From positions 19,355,657 through 19,419,656 of the forward strand of contig CM119266.1 of the NCBI GenBank assembly GCA_051294375.1: DNA of 64,000 bases, written 5' to 3'. The position numbers were made by a program, and so were the translations under genes. The notes under the pieces were generated by a model, which was given only the letters and a program-made list of their open reading frames with translations, searched no databases and was not told the DNA's origin. This stretch comes from Paraspadella gotoi (taxonomy: Eukaryota > Animalia > Chaetognatha). Positions 39,419-53,628 of the stretch are shown one piece after another (position 1 is the stretch's first letter; each line of letters begins with the position of its first letter).

Positions 39419-41945
39419 TGAAAGTTGATAGCGACGAGTTGATATTTCGTACGAATTACCATGGTAACCTTTGTGATCGTTGGTGAATAAAAACGAAGGA
39501 TCGAATTCTATGAAGTAACTGAAGTTTTCTGATGATGACTGTTGGCCGATGAGATGAGTCGAGGATGAGTAAAATATGGGCGAGGGACGAATGGGTGAAA
39601 ATAACTTGGAGCGAGATGATAGAAGGAAAGAAGAAATGAAGAAGACATAAAGAATAAAGAAATAGATTAGATTAAGGATGAGAAAATAAAGAAAACAAAA
39701 ATACGAAAGAAATTATCACTGACGGAAGGACGGAAGAAACCGGGGAATGCGGGAAAAAAAAAAATTTAAACACAAGACGGCTGTAATGAAATTATAGGGG
39801 GAAAAAATTGGTATAGAAAGAGATACAAATAGTGGGACGCCGCTTTTATAAATCTAAAGCAAATTCATAGAGAAGCGGACTTATCTAGTTTTTACATTCA
39901 GAGAAATTTGGACGATGAAAAAAAAAATGAAGGAAAACTGCAAAGAATAACTTTTTCCCAAACGAAATGAAAATCTCTCCACATGCGACTTGGCGATGAA
40001 AGCACTCTCTCTCTCTCTCTCTCTCATCTCTCTTTCTCATTTAGATAAAAATGTTTACGATTCTCATTTTATTTTCCTTTTTTAAGCATTTTTACCGACG
40101 GTTAGTTTGAGATATACAACTCCCTAGGAACGATCAATTTGTTTTTTAACATTATCTCCAATACACTGAAGGGCACTTTTTAAAATTTTTTTATCATTTA
40201 TCACAAAATACAGAAGAGACATGGATTTTTATTATTTCAGGTGGAATCTAAATTCGAAACAAACAAACAAATTTCATAAACCAGTTTTTAGTATTCTTAT
40301 TTTTTCGAAGCTCAAATAGTTCAAACAATTTTTACACCCTATTGCCAATTAAAAAAATCGTATATAATATAAAAATACAAATTCATATTCGGTGACTAAT
40401 CTTTATTAGTCGTAAAATTAAGATCTATTATTATTCAATACTTTTGGCCTTCGAACCCATTAAAAAAAATATTTAATGAAGCAATATTATTATTGTTATT
40501 ATTGCTAATAATTAAGAATGACACGTAAGATGCCATTTTGTTTTTGCTAACAAGAACGAGCAACGATCTCTAAATCGAGTGGAGAGTTTTGAATTAACAA
40601 CCTGCAAGAACTTACCTTATATTTGTACATATATATGAAAAGAATAAGAAATATAAAAACAATATATTGCCATAATATGGGGCAAATTATCCTTCGACTA
40701 CTGTCTTATTGGTTTTAAAACCCTACTAATTCAAGGTTTCATTTAATTTGATTCGATATATACCCATTCCTAAAAACAATTTGGTAAAATTATGCCAATA
40801 CTTTAGTAAATTATATAAATTTTTTAATATATATGTCTCGAGGGAAGAAAATGTTATAAATTCTATATGAAAATTTATTTTAGTATCTTTTGACAGACGA
40901 ACGTCCCAATTTATGAGCGACTTTATGAATACTTACGGCTTTACCGGCGCGATTTTCCGGGAGCGCCCATTAGATGAAAAAATTTCATTACGATCTATTT
41001 GTCGAAAAACATTGTCCTCAAAAGAAGAGTTTCTTTCTCTACTATTTAATTAGTTTTTTTTTTTTACCTTGTCTTGCTTGATGTACTGAATCAACCATGT
41101 TGAATTCGAAATAAAACTCATATATCAAGATTCTTAAAAATTAATTTAACGGGCGTCCCAGATCTACCCTTTAGGGTTAACTTAAATAAGCCAGTATTTC
41201 ACAAACTATACCGAATTCACTACCTAATTACGTGAGCACACTATTATACGATCACGTTACTAGTATTAATACTATGATATCTTTTTCATTTATTGACGTG
41301 ACTGAACAAATATGATATCTAACTACTAACACGGTATGCACCTTAAAGGTTTCAGAGTAACTAACCATCCTACCAAATATGAACCTAGGTGGGGATAATA
41401 ATAAAATAAGGAAACAGACCAACGAACCCGCGAATACTCGTGGCAACTAAGAATACTATTAGAATAGTTGTAAGAATACCGGAATGGAGGTAATTTTCAT
41501 AATATTGTCAATTGATACTAGTCTAAAACCTGCTGCGGTTGTAAGTTGGATTTTGCTACCTACTCAGTCGTTATTTATATCTTCCTAAAAGCTAGCTTTG
41601 TAAAAAAAAACATTTTTTGTAGCGAATTGATACTAGTAATTCAAAACAAAACGCTTAAACAAGCTTCAAATATCGCTTCAAGCGATTTAAATACACAAAC
41701 CTCAGACTCGAATACCAAAAGATATAAAAGAAACGAAGCCCTTTCAAATTTTGTTGTTTCACAATTATTCTTATAATTTGAGCTGACCCCGACGTGGGAT
41801 GATTCGCAATGATAAAAGCAAAATGACCGCAGTCTTTATTCAAATATCCCCAAGTTATTTTCCTGAGGAAAAAATAAAGAGGAAAATTAGTGATGCAAAG
41901 GGCGACATGAGTCAGACATTTGTCTTTTGATTCACCCCACGTTTT

Positions 41946-42931
41946 CTAAGCTCCGATGCGCCATTGGATGTAGACTTTCTTGAAGGAATCAAATCCAGCC
42001 AAGACGCCCGCCCCCCCACACCGCGGAGAATGTTGGCGCCGGCGCCCTTCATCATCGACATGAAACCCTCGTTCTTGAGGATATGCACGGCGCAATCGAT
42101 GGATCCCTTGTACTTGACCGCCGTGCCCGACGTCATCATCATGCGTCGACGAATTGTGTCGATGGGGTAGGACATCAAACCAGCCGTCACCGTGACAACC
42201 GTAACCCAAACAGAAGGACAGCAAGAGACCGGCATCGGGGCCGAGAAGGATCGGCTTCAGAGAATCGTAGAGACCGAAGTACATCCCTCGGTAAACGAAG
42301 ACTGCTTCCACTGCAGGGAGATGACGAACCCGCGGTAGAGGCCTTGGATGCCGTCCGACTTGAGGGTCTTGCTGTACACGTCGACGAGACCCTTGTACTG
42401 ACGTTCTCCGCCCTTAGCCTTGGCGTCATTGGCCAAACGCGTTCGGGCGAAATCCAGCGAATACACGAACATAAGAGACAAGGAACCGGCGCATCCTCCG
42501 GAGAGAATATTTGAACCGAACTTGGTCACGTAAGAAGCGTCCTTGGGGACGTTGAAAGCCGCCTTCACCTTGTCTTTGAACGCGAAATTGAGGGCCTGCG
42601 TCGGAAAGTATCGCAGGCAATTGGCCAAATTGCCGCGCCAAAGCGGGTAGACGCCCTCGGTTCTGATGACTCGGGTTGTGCAGTCGATCACACCCTGGGA
42701 GAGAAGGAGAGAAAAAAAAATTAAAAAATGGGAAGCAGGCTTTTTTCGGTTTAGGCTACGATTAATATTTACCTTATAAGGTTTGTCAAGACGACCTTGT
42801 TTGATCATTTCATCTTGATTTTGAACGAGCAGCTTGACTCTCTCGATAGGGGCGGCCGCCGTCTTAGATACGACAGCAGCAACGCCTGAGAGTGCGAAAT
42901 TCTCAGCGAATCCCAATTTCTTGTCGGCCAT
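41946..42931 (-). CDS. Mitochondrial ADP/ATP carrier (SLC25 ANT/AAC), with at least 3 apparent frameshifts
   Basis: Exons 42931-42773 and 42694-41946. Motifs [61 protein letters not shown] (ANT signature RRRMMM) and [10 protein letters not shown]. Frame changes occur near 42310, 42197 and 42012. Confidence 0.93.
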
Positions 42932-45900
42932 TTTAGAATGCGGTCTTTTCCCCTTAGAATCTGAAATGAAATAAAAAGCCGGTTAATCTTTGATATTTTG
43001 AATATGATTCAGTCAGTGATACAACAAGTTAGTCTGAACGTTATAGAAACGTTAACCGTCAAAGAAAAAAAGATTTTGACGATTTCTAATAATTCAAAAG
43101 ATTTTGAAGAACGCACGCCTTCCGAAGCACAAGAACAAAAACTAAATAAAAAAAGCGCAATATCGGAGTAGAAACATTTCTTTAGATGTAGGAAGATACA
43201 CGGAATTGTATTTAAGAAAAACCGAAAATGATTACGTCCTAGAAGAGCGTCCAAACCGTATCAAGAGCCCGCTCATATGAGGGACCATATTCAAATCGAG
43301 CTAACCTTGACTAATATTTCGAAGTTCGGCCTGCTCACCACTAGAGGCGATGGTGTCGCTCTCGTGGCTTTGAGAGTCAAACCAGTAACCATCACCCGCT
43401 CCACCAATAAAATCAAGAGTCTCGAGTCTCATCCAATCACAGACCGAAAGAGATATACGTTTGCTTCCTTATTGGTTCACTGACCGAATTACTCTGCACG
43501 AACGTTAGTCTCTTATTTAGCTCGTACTATGCAAGTATGCAATGCTTGCATGTGTGATTTGTGATCAGGAAAAACGAAGGAATAGTTTAATGTTCAGGAT
43601 ATCTTAGACGGTCCAAGATTTTATATAAGTTTGTCTCTATCCATGATCTATTTTTGTAATCGATTAATTGTAAATGAAAACTATAATATATACTTTTATA
43701 TTGGTTGAACCAATTTCATAGACTAGAGTTCTAATTTTTATAGTGGGGAAGACAACTGAAGACTTGGTAAATCATTTGTTGAATTTTCACTTAAGATACA
43801 AAGCTCTTAGGTCCTAGGATATGAAAAATTGCAAGATTATTTGTTTAACTATATTAGACTTTAATTTTTTTATTAAAATTTAAAAATAAATGTAAATTTT
43901 TTAATGATTTTTGTAGTACGTAAATAGCTATCCTTTAATTTACTTTCGAACAAAAAAGCATTCGATCAACTCAATGGTATTCAGTATTCACATTTACAGG
44001 ACCGATTTCAATCGGTTTTCTGTAATGAAAAATTTCGATGTTCTCGTGACGTAGGCGCAATGAACTCACTTTTTGGGAATGAAACCCCCCAAAAAACTAG
44101 CCATAATATGGCCTCGTTTGAATACATATTTGTTCACCATTATTTCCCACTTTTAGCGTTTTTTTTTATTTTTGCCTTTTTCTTATTACGGAAATAAGAA
44201 ATTTGAAACTCGATAAAAATTATTTCGAAATATACTGTATGCCCACTTTTACTATCAATTTTACAACTAATTTACATGACATTAAAATCTATTTTTTATT
44301 TTTCTTTTCTTTTCCGACCCATGAGTTTTTCACGTGCCCTCCTCAGATCCCCTCGTCTTTGTGGAGGGTGTCCACTGTCCAGTGTTCAGTGTCCGTCCAC
44401 CGCTCTACTCACCCCTACCCCGGACGGACAGGCTAATCAGCAGAATGATAAGCCGCGACTAAAATTTAAGGTTCACTATTGAAATCTGCACTTCCCATAT
44501 CAATCTTTTTTCATTTTTGTATAAAATCAATTCAAACTTCAAAGTTTTGTGAAATGTTTGTGTAAGACTTAGGGACGGACAAATAATACGGGTTTTGTCC
44601 TAATGTCGTCGTATTCGTGGAGATGTTTACTCAAGAGTCATGTCAACCTCACACCCCTGATTAAATATAAAGTCGGGATTAGCTGAGTTTTTACTGAAGC
44701 CATCGATTTGTTATCGCTCAATCTTTTCTGAAATTATTCTAATTATAATTATTATGTCTATTTCAAATGCACAAGACAGCCTTCAAAAACGTATAGTTCC
44801 TCTCTCGAAAGTACAACTACTTCGATTTTAGTTTTACAACTTCACCGAATTCATTCATGTTTTGTCAATCCGTCGAGGTCTCGAGGGGCTTGGCTTCGCC
44901 CGCTGAAGGAGATTCGATCGCCCAGTTTCCCCCCAAATCGAGAAGAACCGAAGACGAAACGAAAGGAAGAAAATTGACCTTCCGTGTAGCGGGAAAACAA
45001 GACCAACTAATTAACTCAGTTATTTCGTATAATTTTCTTACGATCCAAAAAAAAAACCCAACTTTTTTCTGCGTCGTTTGTTACTGTCAAACTTTTTAAC
45101 AATTCTAATTTGCGTATCGTTTAAATTTTAATCTCGTCATCAATCGTCTTTTTGGCGAATTGCTTTGTTCGGGCGTGCGTCGAGAATTCAAAGATTTTTC
45201 AATTCATGATGGTCACGTCGTGTGTTTAAAAAATTCTACATCTTCTAATTTTTGTATAAAACAATTCAGAAATGGAATAAAAACTATCGAAATTTCTTAA
45301 TCTTTCAAGAAAAAAAATAATTTTTACACACTTAACATGTATTTTTAAACCCCGCTAAAACCAAATAAACAACAGTATATTGATTTTTCCTATTTATTTT
45401 AAAAGTTATTACTCGACGAATTCCTTAGTTTTTTTCATTGACTTAGATTTTACATATTGAGCAGACGCGACTGAAATCGAACTCCTCATTTCATTTCTTG
45501 CTCACTATCGTTCTCTCGCGTTATCTTTGGCTCTCGCTCTCCCTCTTTGGCTCTCGCTCTCCCTCTTTCGCTCTCTACTCGTTCTAACTCAACTTCTACC
45601 TTCTTCCAATGGAGGTGAAAAAAAGATGCTCCCGTTTTATTTTATCGAACATTTCGTATTCGAGAATCCAGACAAACAAATCAACTTGAAACAACAACTA
45701 CTAACCGACAACATTCGTTGTATGGAGCAATTATTTAGTAATTTCGAAAATAATTTACGAAAAAATTTTTGACAATGTTTTACGTACTTCAATAAGTTTT
45801 TAATTTTTTTAGTTTTTTATTTTTAATTTTTTTACTTCTCATTAAAATTATATTTTTAGTTCTCCCGAATCTACGGTTTATTTTTCATTATATTATATTG

Positions 45901-46139
45901 AGCCTTATTGGAGTTGGTGCATTTATACGCGATTAATCAAAATCGTTTATAGTTAAACTGTACATTACATTATTTAATCCATCTAACAATTTTTTTCCGT
46001 CTATCTTGTCGATAAAGTTTAAATTTGACAAGTGGATGAAAGCCAGAAACAGAAGAGAAAGAAAGAAAGTAAGAAAGAAAAAACGAAAGAAAGAAAGAAA
46101 GAAAGAAAAAAGAGACAGGCAGTTATTTCTTTTATTTCT

Positions 46140-46262
46140 AAACAAGAACCAAGACCTTAATGCAATGAAAACGTAGCTGAGACAGACCGACGGACAGACG
46201 TAAAGACTGACCGAAAAGTCACTTATTGGATCTCTCCGCGGTTACTCGAGGCGTAACTAAGA
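46140..46262 (+). mobile_element. Short Helentron/DINE-1-like (HINE) element
   Basis: AACAAG start, GACN microsatellite (gacagaccgacggacagac), gaccgaaaagt.acttat and a terminal ...caactaa-like end; shared with 61355-61625. Confidence 0.5.
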
Positions 46263-46266
46263 AAGT

Positions 46267-46310
<44 letters not shown>

Positions 46311-46497
46311 GGGAGGTTATGGAGAGCGAGTAAGTATGAGAGAGAAACGGATTAGTAGAAAAATTCTCAATTCTCATGTTAACGAGATTGTTTTTTTTGT
46401 TTTTTTTTTAATCTTCAGAAGCGTGCATTGGAAATCCGAGACAATCTCCCCGTAGGCGATATCTCCATTCCAACGTCTTCAACATTCCTCCACCGTC

Positions 46498-47658
46498 ATG
46501 TTGCCGTCATGCCTTCGCTCCCATTGGCGACCTTTGACTCGTGCATCGGCGCTCATGTGCTTTCTCATCGCCACAGTGGCTCTTTTCCAAACCAACGTCA
46601 TCCCCACAGTGCAACGCGGGTTTTTTTGCGACGACCAGACGATCCGTTATCCCTATCATTACTCCACATTCCCGACGTGGCTCCTCGTCGTGGTTTTCAT
46701 GGTTGTCCCTGACCTCATCGTCGCGGGAGTGGAATTTTGCTACGCTCGAAACTATGCAAATCTCTTTTACTGTTTGGGACATTTTAAACTCTCCATCTCG
46801 ATGTCGACCATTTTAACGGATGTCGTCAAGTGCGTCGTGGGACGGTTACGACCGCACTTTATCGCCGTCTGTGGCCCGGATGTTCTTCTCAATATGACCT
46901 GCGACGCAGAAACCTCATTGCTCTACATTCTTGAATATAATTGTACGAATCCGCTTCATCTTGATCCGGATGTAATAGTCGAAGCTCACAAATCATTTCC
47001 CTCTGGTAAATAATTGAAAGACGCAACCTCCATTTTCTTTTTTAATTGTTAACGGTTTACTGGAAAAAAATTATTCATTAATTGATAAGATAAAGAAATT
47101 AATTAATAGTCTTCGTCATTCCGACGCGACCTGGGACTCGATATTCAAATAGTTAGTTTAAATGAGTTTTGTACCGATGTTTCAAAGTTACATTAGCATT
47201 GATTCAATTAACAAATTTGTAATTAAATTAACGAAATCACCAACTGCTTTTTTTTTCGCCCCCTCGTTTTCTCAACCCGTGGTCTTCGCCTCTCCCATTC
47301 GAAAGGTCACGCTAGCCTCGCTATGTGTAGCGCCGTCTTCGTGACCCTCTACGTCTGGCGCCGGGCGCCCTCTCAGCCCCCTCATCTCGGGCGCCTCTTT
47401 CTCGTCTTTCTCATTTTGGTTGGCGCCGGCGCCGTCTGCGGGTCACGCGTCATGGACTACAAACATCACGGAGAGGACGTGGCCTTTGGATTTGTCATCG
47501 GCAGCGTCGTCGCCTTCACATCCGGTTATGTTTGGTGGGGAGCGATGGAGTCACTTCGATTCGAAGATGACGACGACAGCGACAAAAGTGGCGCCGGTGA
47601 CTCGAACAATGTCACAAACATCGTCGAACGCAAACCCCTCACCGAGTACCGCGTTTGA
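46498..47658 (+). CDS. Phospholipid phosphatase (PAP2/LPP, wunen-like)
   Basis: Exons 46498-47005 and 47306-47658. Contains QRGFFCDDQTIRYPY and catalytic motifs C1 KCVVGRLRPHF, C2 SFPSGH (across the splice) and C3 SRVMDYKHHGED. Confidence 0.93.
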
Positions 47659-50064
47659 AAGAAAAATTGGATATTTGTTAAGGTTTTCTTTTATAACCTC
47701 AAAGTTATATATGTTGTTAAACTGATAATTGTAAAGCGACCGTTTGTGCCATATTTTACCAAGTATTCCTTAGTTTAACAATGCAGCAGGCGAGGTTTTT
47801 TAAAATTTTTATTACGTATATTCTAAATATTTTGTCTCTCTGCCAAACTATAAATATAATTTAAATTTCATTAATTTCATAATTTCAACTTAAGGTCTAT
47901 AAAAGGGTTTCAAGAATACAGAATTAGATGTTTAATGTTTAGACAAGATAGTACTGAAGACAAAGAGACAATTGTAGTGCAAGATTTTCGTATTAGGAGA
48001 ACAGAAGAGCGTAGTGAAAGTCACATATATATTCTAATGGTCATTTATGAACAATGTACCACCAGTGAACATTAATATATAAAAAAAAATATCTTTTTTT
48101 TAATGTTTTTTAATGTTTTTACATTTTCGCCGTAGGCTAAATTTAGATAATATATAGTATTATCCTTAAAAAATCATAAATTTCAAAATGGAATTTTCTT
48201 AATTTTGATGGCAGATTTAAATTCCCCGTCAAAAGTTGATGAAAGAAAATATAACTCATTTTTAAAAATTCTTTTATTAAGTTGGTTAAAAATTAAAAAA
48301 CTATTTAATATACAAAAAATATTTTTCAGTTTAAAATATAGGTTTTTTCTGATATTTTACCAACTTAATGAAAGAATTTTTAAAAAAGAGTTTTATTTCT
48401 TTTTATCAACTTTTTTATGACGAAACCAAATCGGCAAAAAAAATCTTATAAAAAAATATTTTGAAAATTTAACATTTATAGGCTTAGTACTTTATATTGG
48501 TTGTACCAATTTCATATAAATATATCCTACTGTGTAAATTTCAAAAATTATAATAACATTTGTTTATACATTAATGTTCATTAGTACAACGTTGTTCATT
48601 CCTCACGCTTTACTCAACAGTCAACACTCAACACTCAACAGTGTCGTCCCTATTACTAATAGTATTAGCAGCTGGGACGCCAAAGGGATTGATCATTGAG
48701 GGTTTGAGGTCAGAAAGCATCTCGTACCAATCATCGCCCATCGAAAATCAAGTTATCAGCTAAACCTCCAGCTAATTCTTGACGACGAGCTTAACAACAT
48801 GCTCAGATATGATCTTCAAGCTTGGCTGGCTTCTAGTACCAGTCGAAATTGCAATCTATCAATCTATTACTTAACGACGAGCTTAACATTAACAACCTTC
48901 TCAGACATGTTGCCCAGTCTGGTCTCCATGGGGACAGTGTCAGAAAAACAAAATTAAATGCATCTTTGGCGCCTCACTACCGACTATGTTCAACCAAGTA
49001 ACAATAAACAGTGTCACATATTAACTATTCACAAATTCAACGTAGCCTGTCGTTAGTTAGGAGACAAGATAGCTTTTTTATTGAATAATAAATAATTTTT
49101 ATATTGGTTGTACCAATTTCATAACCTGTTCTGCAGCTTCCGCTGAAAACCACCTTTAAAAATCAGTCACTTTTACATCAGGAAGAAATTTAAACTTAAT
49201 TCCGGTCACTCTCTGTGTTTACATGTAAAAGTCATTTTTCAAAATATAATGAAAAGAACCAGACGCGGAGAAAGGTTTCTGGTTTATATTTTAATATAAG
49301 TGAGAAAAGAGCTAAAACTATATTAATAATAGAAAAAAAATCGTGTAAAAACTAACGAAATTATTTTTTTCTTAGTCTTTGATTACTATATCAGACTTGT
49401 GTTTGTTTTTCAGATTATACTTATTCTCGTCGATGCTCCAGGGATAAGAAAATAAGAGGTTTTCTAAAAAGTATATCAAAAGATTAATAAATGCAGGGCA
49501 TTCACAGATCCGTTATAATAATCACTGATCAAAATCGTCAATTTTTTTTTCGCAATATCCCATAGTATATTTAATTTACCAGGATCTGTCCGACTAGTCT
49601 TTGTCTTTAACTCTTTACTTATTCTGCTTATTAAGCCAACTCCGCCATCCAGCTTACGCCTCCTTTTTTAAATTTTCGGTCACTTATATGTATTACCAGC
49701 TTCTAATATAATAATTACTTCGTCCAGACAATATATCTCCATGATCTATAAGATCTTTAAGATATTTTCTCGTCGCAAGGCCCCTATTAATTTCTCAACT
49801 TAACGCCTACCCTGACCGTGAACTCGTCCGCTTAATTAAACTCCTTCCTTTCATTCCTTCAAGTCCTTTGACATAATCGATTTTCCCTCATTCCCACAAT
49901 CGCTAAATTTTTTAACAAAATCACCACATGAACATCTTTTTCCTTTAAAAGACCTACAACACTTTTTTTTAAAATCACATTGAAAGTTAATATCTAATAT
50001 TAAAAAAATCAAAGAAAAAGATGTCGCAACATTTATAAAAGTCTCTAATTTAGTCTTCTTCTCA

Positions 50065-52801
50065 ATGGAGTTGGGTAGCGACGCCGCCTCGGTCGACGCC
50101 GTTCTCTCGTCTTTCGGCCTCCGACGCCGGCTCTTTCCCCTCGGCGTCTATTTCTTCCAGTTTCCAATCGTTATGGTTTTTTCCTGGCAAATGTTTGTCC
50201 TCAGCTTTTCCGCCTGGATTCCTGAAATTGGTTGTTCGGACGTCGCTGAAGGAGCCACACCGGAGCCGGTCGGAAACTCGACGGGGAGTTGCAATGATTC
50301 CTTTAGGGCAAAGTCAGAGGAAACCCTCGTCGTAGAGTTCGAGCTCGTAAGTTATTTTCCTTCTTTATTTTAATTATTTTATTTTATAAAAATTCTGACT
50401 ATTCTCTCCCTTTTTCCGATGGCTTCAGTCAGGACGAGACGTCGATTTGGTGAACATGACGAATTCTTGTTATATGTTTGGAATGCTGATCGCCAATATT
50501 TTTTTAGGGTGAGAGTATTAAATTATGTACGTTCTTTTAGTATCTCATCGTACAAAAATTTGTTGTATCAAGTAAGCCAGCAGCCAATATTATGACAGGC
50601 GACTGCCAGACATATTTGGGCGCAAACCCGTGATGTACTTGAGTTTGTTGATCCTTTCCATTCTGTCTTTTGTCTCCGCTGCCGTTCAAAGCATTCGCCA
50701 GATGATGGCGATACGATTCTTCTGTGGGATGATTTACGTCACCGGTAGGTTGACAATGGACCCTTTGGTTATAAAATATAACCAGTTAAACTCCATGAGT
50801 TAAAAGTTACCAAATTTCCTTTGAAAGGTGCGTTCGCGATCTTCGTCTACTTACCCGAACTATTTCCCACTCAACACCGCGTATATCCTTCTCAATGCGT
50901 GCTACTCGCTTGGAGTTTGGGTGAGAAATTCAACATTTTGTTTCGATGATTAAAGATTAAATCCCTATCTTTGTTGTGGCCATTTTTAGGGGTTTCGTCG
51001 TTATCGCTGCTTTGTTACTTTTTGCGGGGATGGCGCAACATTCACTTGGCGTTGGGAGCCGCCAATTTGCTAATGCTTCCGCTTTACTTTGTGACGCCTG
51101 AATCCTTGGTATGGTTGGCACTGAACAAAAGGTTATTATTGGAAGAACGAAAAAATAACGACAACGACGACGACGATGACAACGACGATATTTCATTTTG
51201 TTAAACAGACATTTTATGTACCATGAAGCTTACTTCGTTCAGATATAAGGAGTTGGAAACGACGGTGAACCGAATCAGATCGAATCGTCTCATTCTGGTG
51301 ACGAAAGAAAATGTAAATCCTTGCGTGAGAAACGTCGAGGATGAAAAAGAAGAAACTAGCATCGCGTTGAACGGAGAAAATAAGAGAGAACCAATTGTTG
51401 AAGGTAAAGTGTTTTTAATTATTAGTCATGTACCATTGTACACTGACTCACTGAGTGACATGACTGACTGTATGACTTATGACTATACGCGTCCCTCTCA
51501 TTTTCCTTTTTTCATTTCAGAATCTAAATCCTTTTGGTCAAAATACGGAGACGCCACTTTTTGCACAAACCTTCTTGTTTTTACGTTTTATTGGTAAACG
51601 AAAAAGAGAGCAGCAACATATTTTGACTCGAGCGTAAACAGAAACTTCCTTTCCACTTAGGTTCGTTGATGGCCTCATCTACTTTGCTCTTCAATTTTCG
51701 ACGCAAAGTTTCGTTGGTGACAGATTTCTCAACTTCTTTCTCTTTGCAATCGTTGAAGTCCCTGGGTTGTTGCTGGCAGCGACGCTTATTCGTCTCACCA
51801 CGAGGTAGGGGAATCAGGCGAGATCAGGCGAGATGAGTTGAGATCAGGCGAGGTCAGGCCTTTCTTATTTTAATGTTGTTTTTTTTTAAAGACGATTCTC
51901 TTTATTCTTCGTCCACTTTCTGGCCGGAGCGGCGATGGTGACGCTCGCCGTCATTCGAATCACCTTTCCCGAAGTCTTGAAGACACATTCCGAGATCCTC
52001 ATCTCTTTGAACCTCGTAGCCAAACTCTCCGTCACGGGCGCCTTCTCTGTCATGGGTAAATCGAGAAGATTGGCTCAACCAAAAATTATTCGATTTTAAA
52101 TCTTCCTCCGACAGATGAAAATTCAATTGAGATTGTTTTAAGTTTAATTCGGTAAATTTAATTCGTTTGTGATTGTTTTACATTCGCGATTGAATTACTA
52201 AACCAGTTCTGACGTCGGTTGAGATGTTCCCAACCGGCGTCCGTATCTTCGCTTCCAACATGGCGGCCGCGGGATCGAGAATCGCCGGTATAGCTGCCAT
52301 GTTTCTTCCCATCGTCGCGAGACAAATGGAATCCCCACTTGCTCTTGAACTTACTTTCGGCATTTTGGGTGAGGCATTCGGTATTTAGGGTTTAGTTGGT
52401 AAAGCCATCTGCAATGTTATACCTTAGCTTAGGTCCCGTAGATAAATAATATTATATTTAAATATTTAACACAAAAAAATATCATAACAAATAGATAAAT
52501 CATAAAAATAATTATTTTAAATCTAAAAAAAAACTAAAGACAGTGAAACAAGTAATTTTGCAATTTTCTGAATCCCATAAGTTATGGCATAATTTATGGC
52601 ATAACCTAACCTAATCCCTGAATTATAATTTATAATTTATAATTTGCTGCGCACATCAATTTTTAACTTATTGTTTAAGGGATTTTGGCGTCGCTGTCGA
52701 CAATTTGGTTAGTGGAGTCACTTGGACATCCTGTTCCCCAGACGATGGATGACATCCGAAAAATGAAAAAAGAAACCAAAAATTTATTTAAAATATTTTA
52801 A
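50065..52801 (+). CDS. SLC22-like organic cation/anion MFS transporter
   Basis: About 12 short exons. Motifs TLVVEFEL, DIFGRKP, YLPELFPTQHR, VTPESLVWL, DRFLNFFLFAIVEVPG, SVEMFPTGVR and LVESLGHPVPQTMDD. TAA at 52799-52801. Confidence 0.88.
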
Positions 52802-53628
52802 TTTTTATAATGAAAACCGAGAAAAAATTAAAATTGCCACGAGAAAATGCCTCTATTTAGCAAAGAAAAACTTTTGTTTTTGATGCCAAAAAGTGAGGAA
52901 AAAAACAAAATAAGTAAGTATATAATTATTTCAAAATCTAAAGCTTTTTTAGAATAGTCGAATAAGTAATTTATAATTTTCATAAATTCAATCATTAATG
53001 AAGGAAGTCAGTGAATCAATTTTTACTTAAGGTGCGATGTTCTTTTTTAAATGGGAAAAACATTCTTTAGTGCCATCTTTAGTTTTTAGTATAATTTCGA
53101 ACAGCAGTTGTTCACGCTCATTTTTGAAACCGTTTTTGTTGTTTTTATATTAAACACTTGTTAGTAGAAATGCTTGCTAATGTTAGAAACATGGCCTTTA
53201 CGGATCGACGGGAAAGAGACGTACATAATTAAACAGAGATAACAAAGTATAAGGATAATAAAAACTATAAAGGAAAAATAAAGAAAATGAATAGAATCAT
53301 AATAATTAAATATTTTAAAATGTAAAATACTTAAAACAAGTAAAAAAAAATTAAAAATTGCCCATAAATTTCATTATATATATATATATATAGCAAAAAC
53401 TTCTATCCCCGACATCAACATTATTTAAAATAAAAAGAAAATACTAAATTTGTAGGTGAAGAACATTTTTATTTCATCAAAACAAGAATAACTTTTTTTG
53501 TTAAACACCGGGAAAAGCACAAACAAACGAAGGATGAACATTGTGTTTAGTTTAGGTCGCTGGTGAATTCGGATTAATCATTGATATTTTATTTCAGGGA
53601 AACGAACAACGACGAAACTCAGTGAGAT

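Noticed and set aside
41784-41796. TGACCCCGACGTG, matching the reverse complement of a tRNA-Trp 3' end
   Set aside because: The match is only 13 nt, with no remaining tRNA structure or adjacent LTR.
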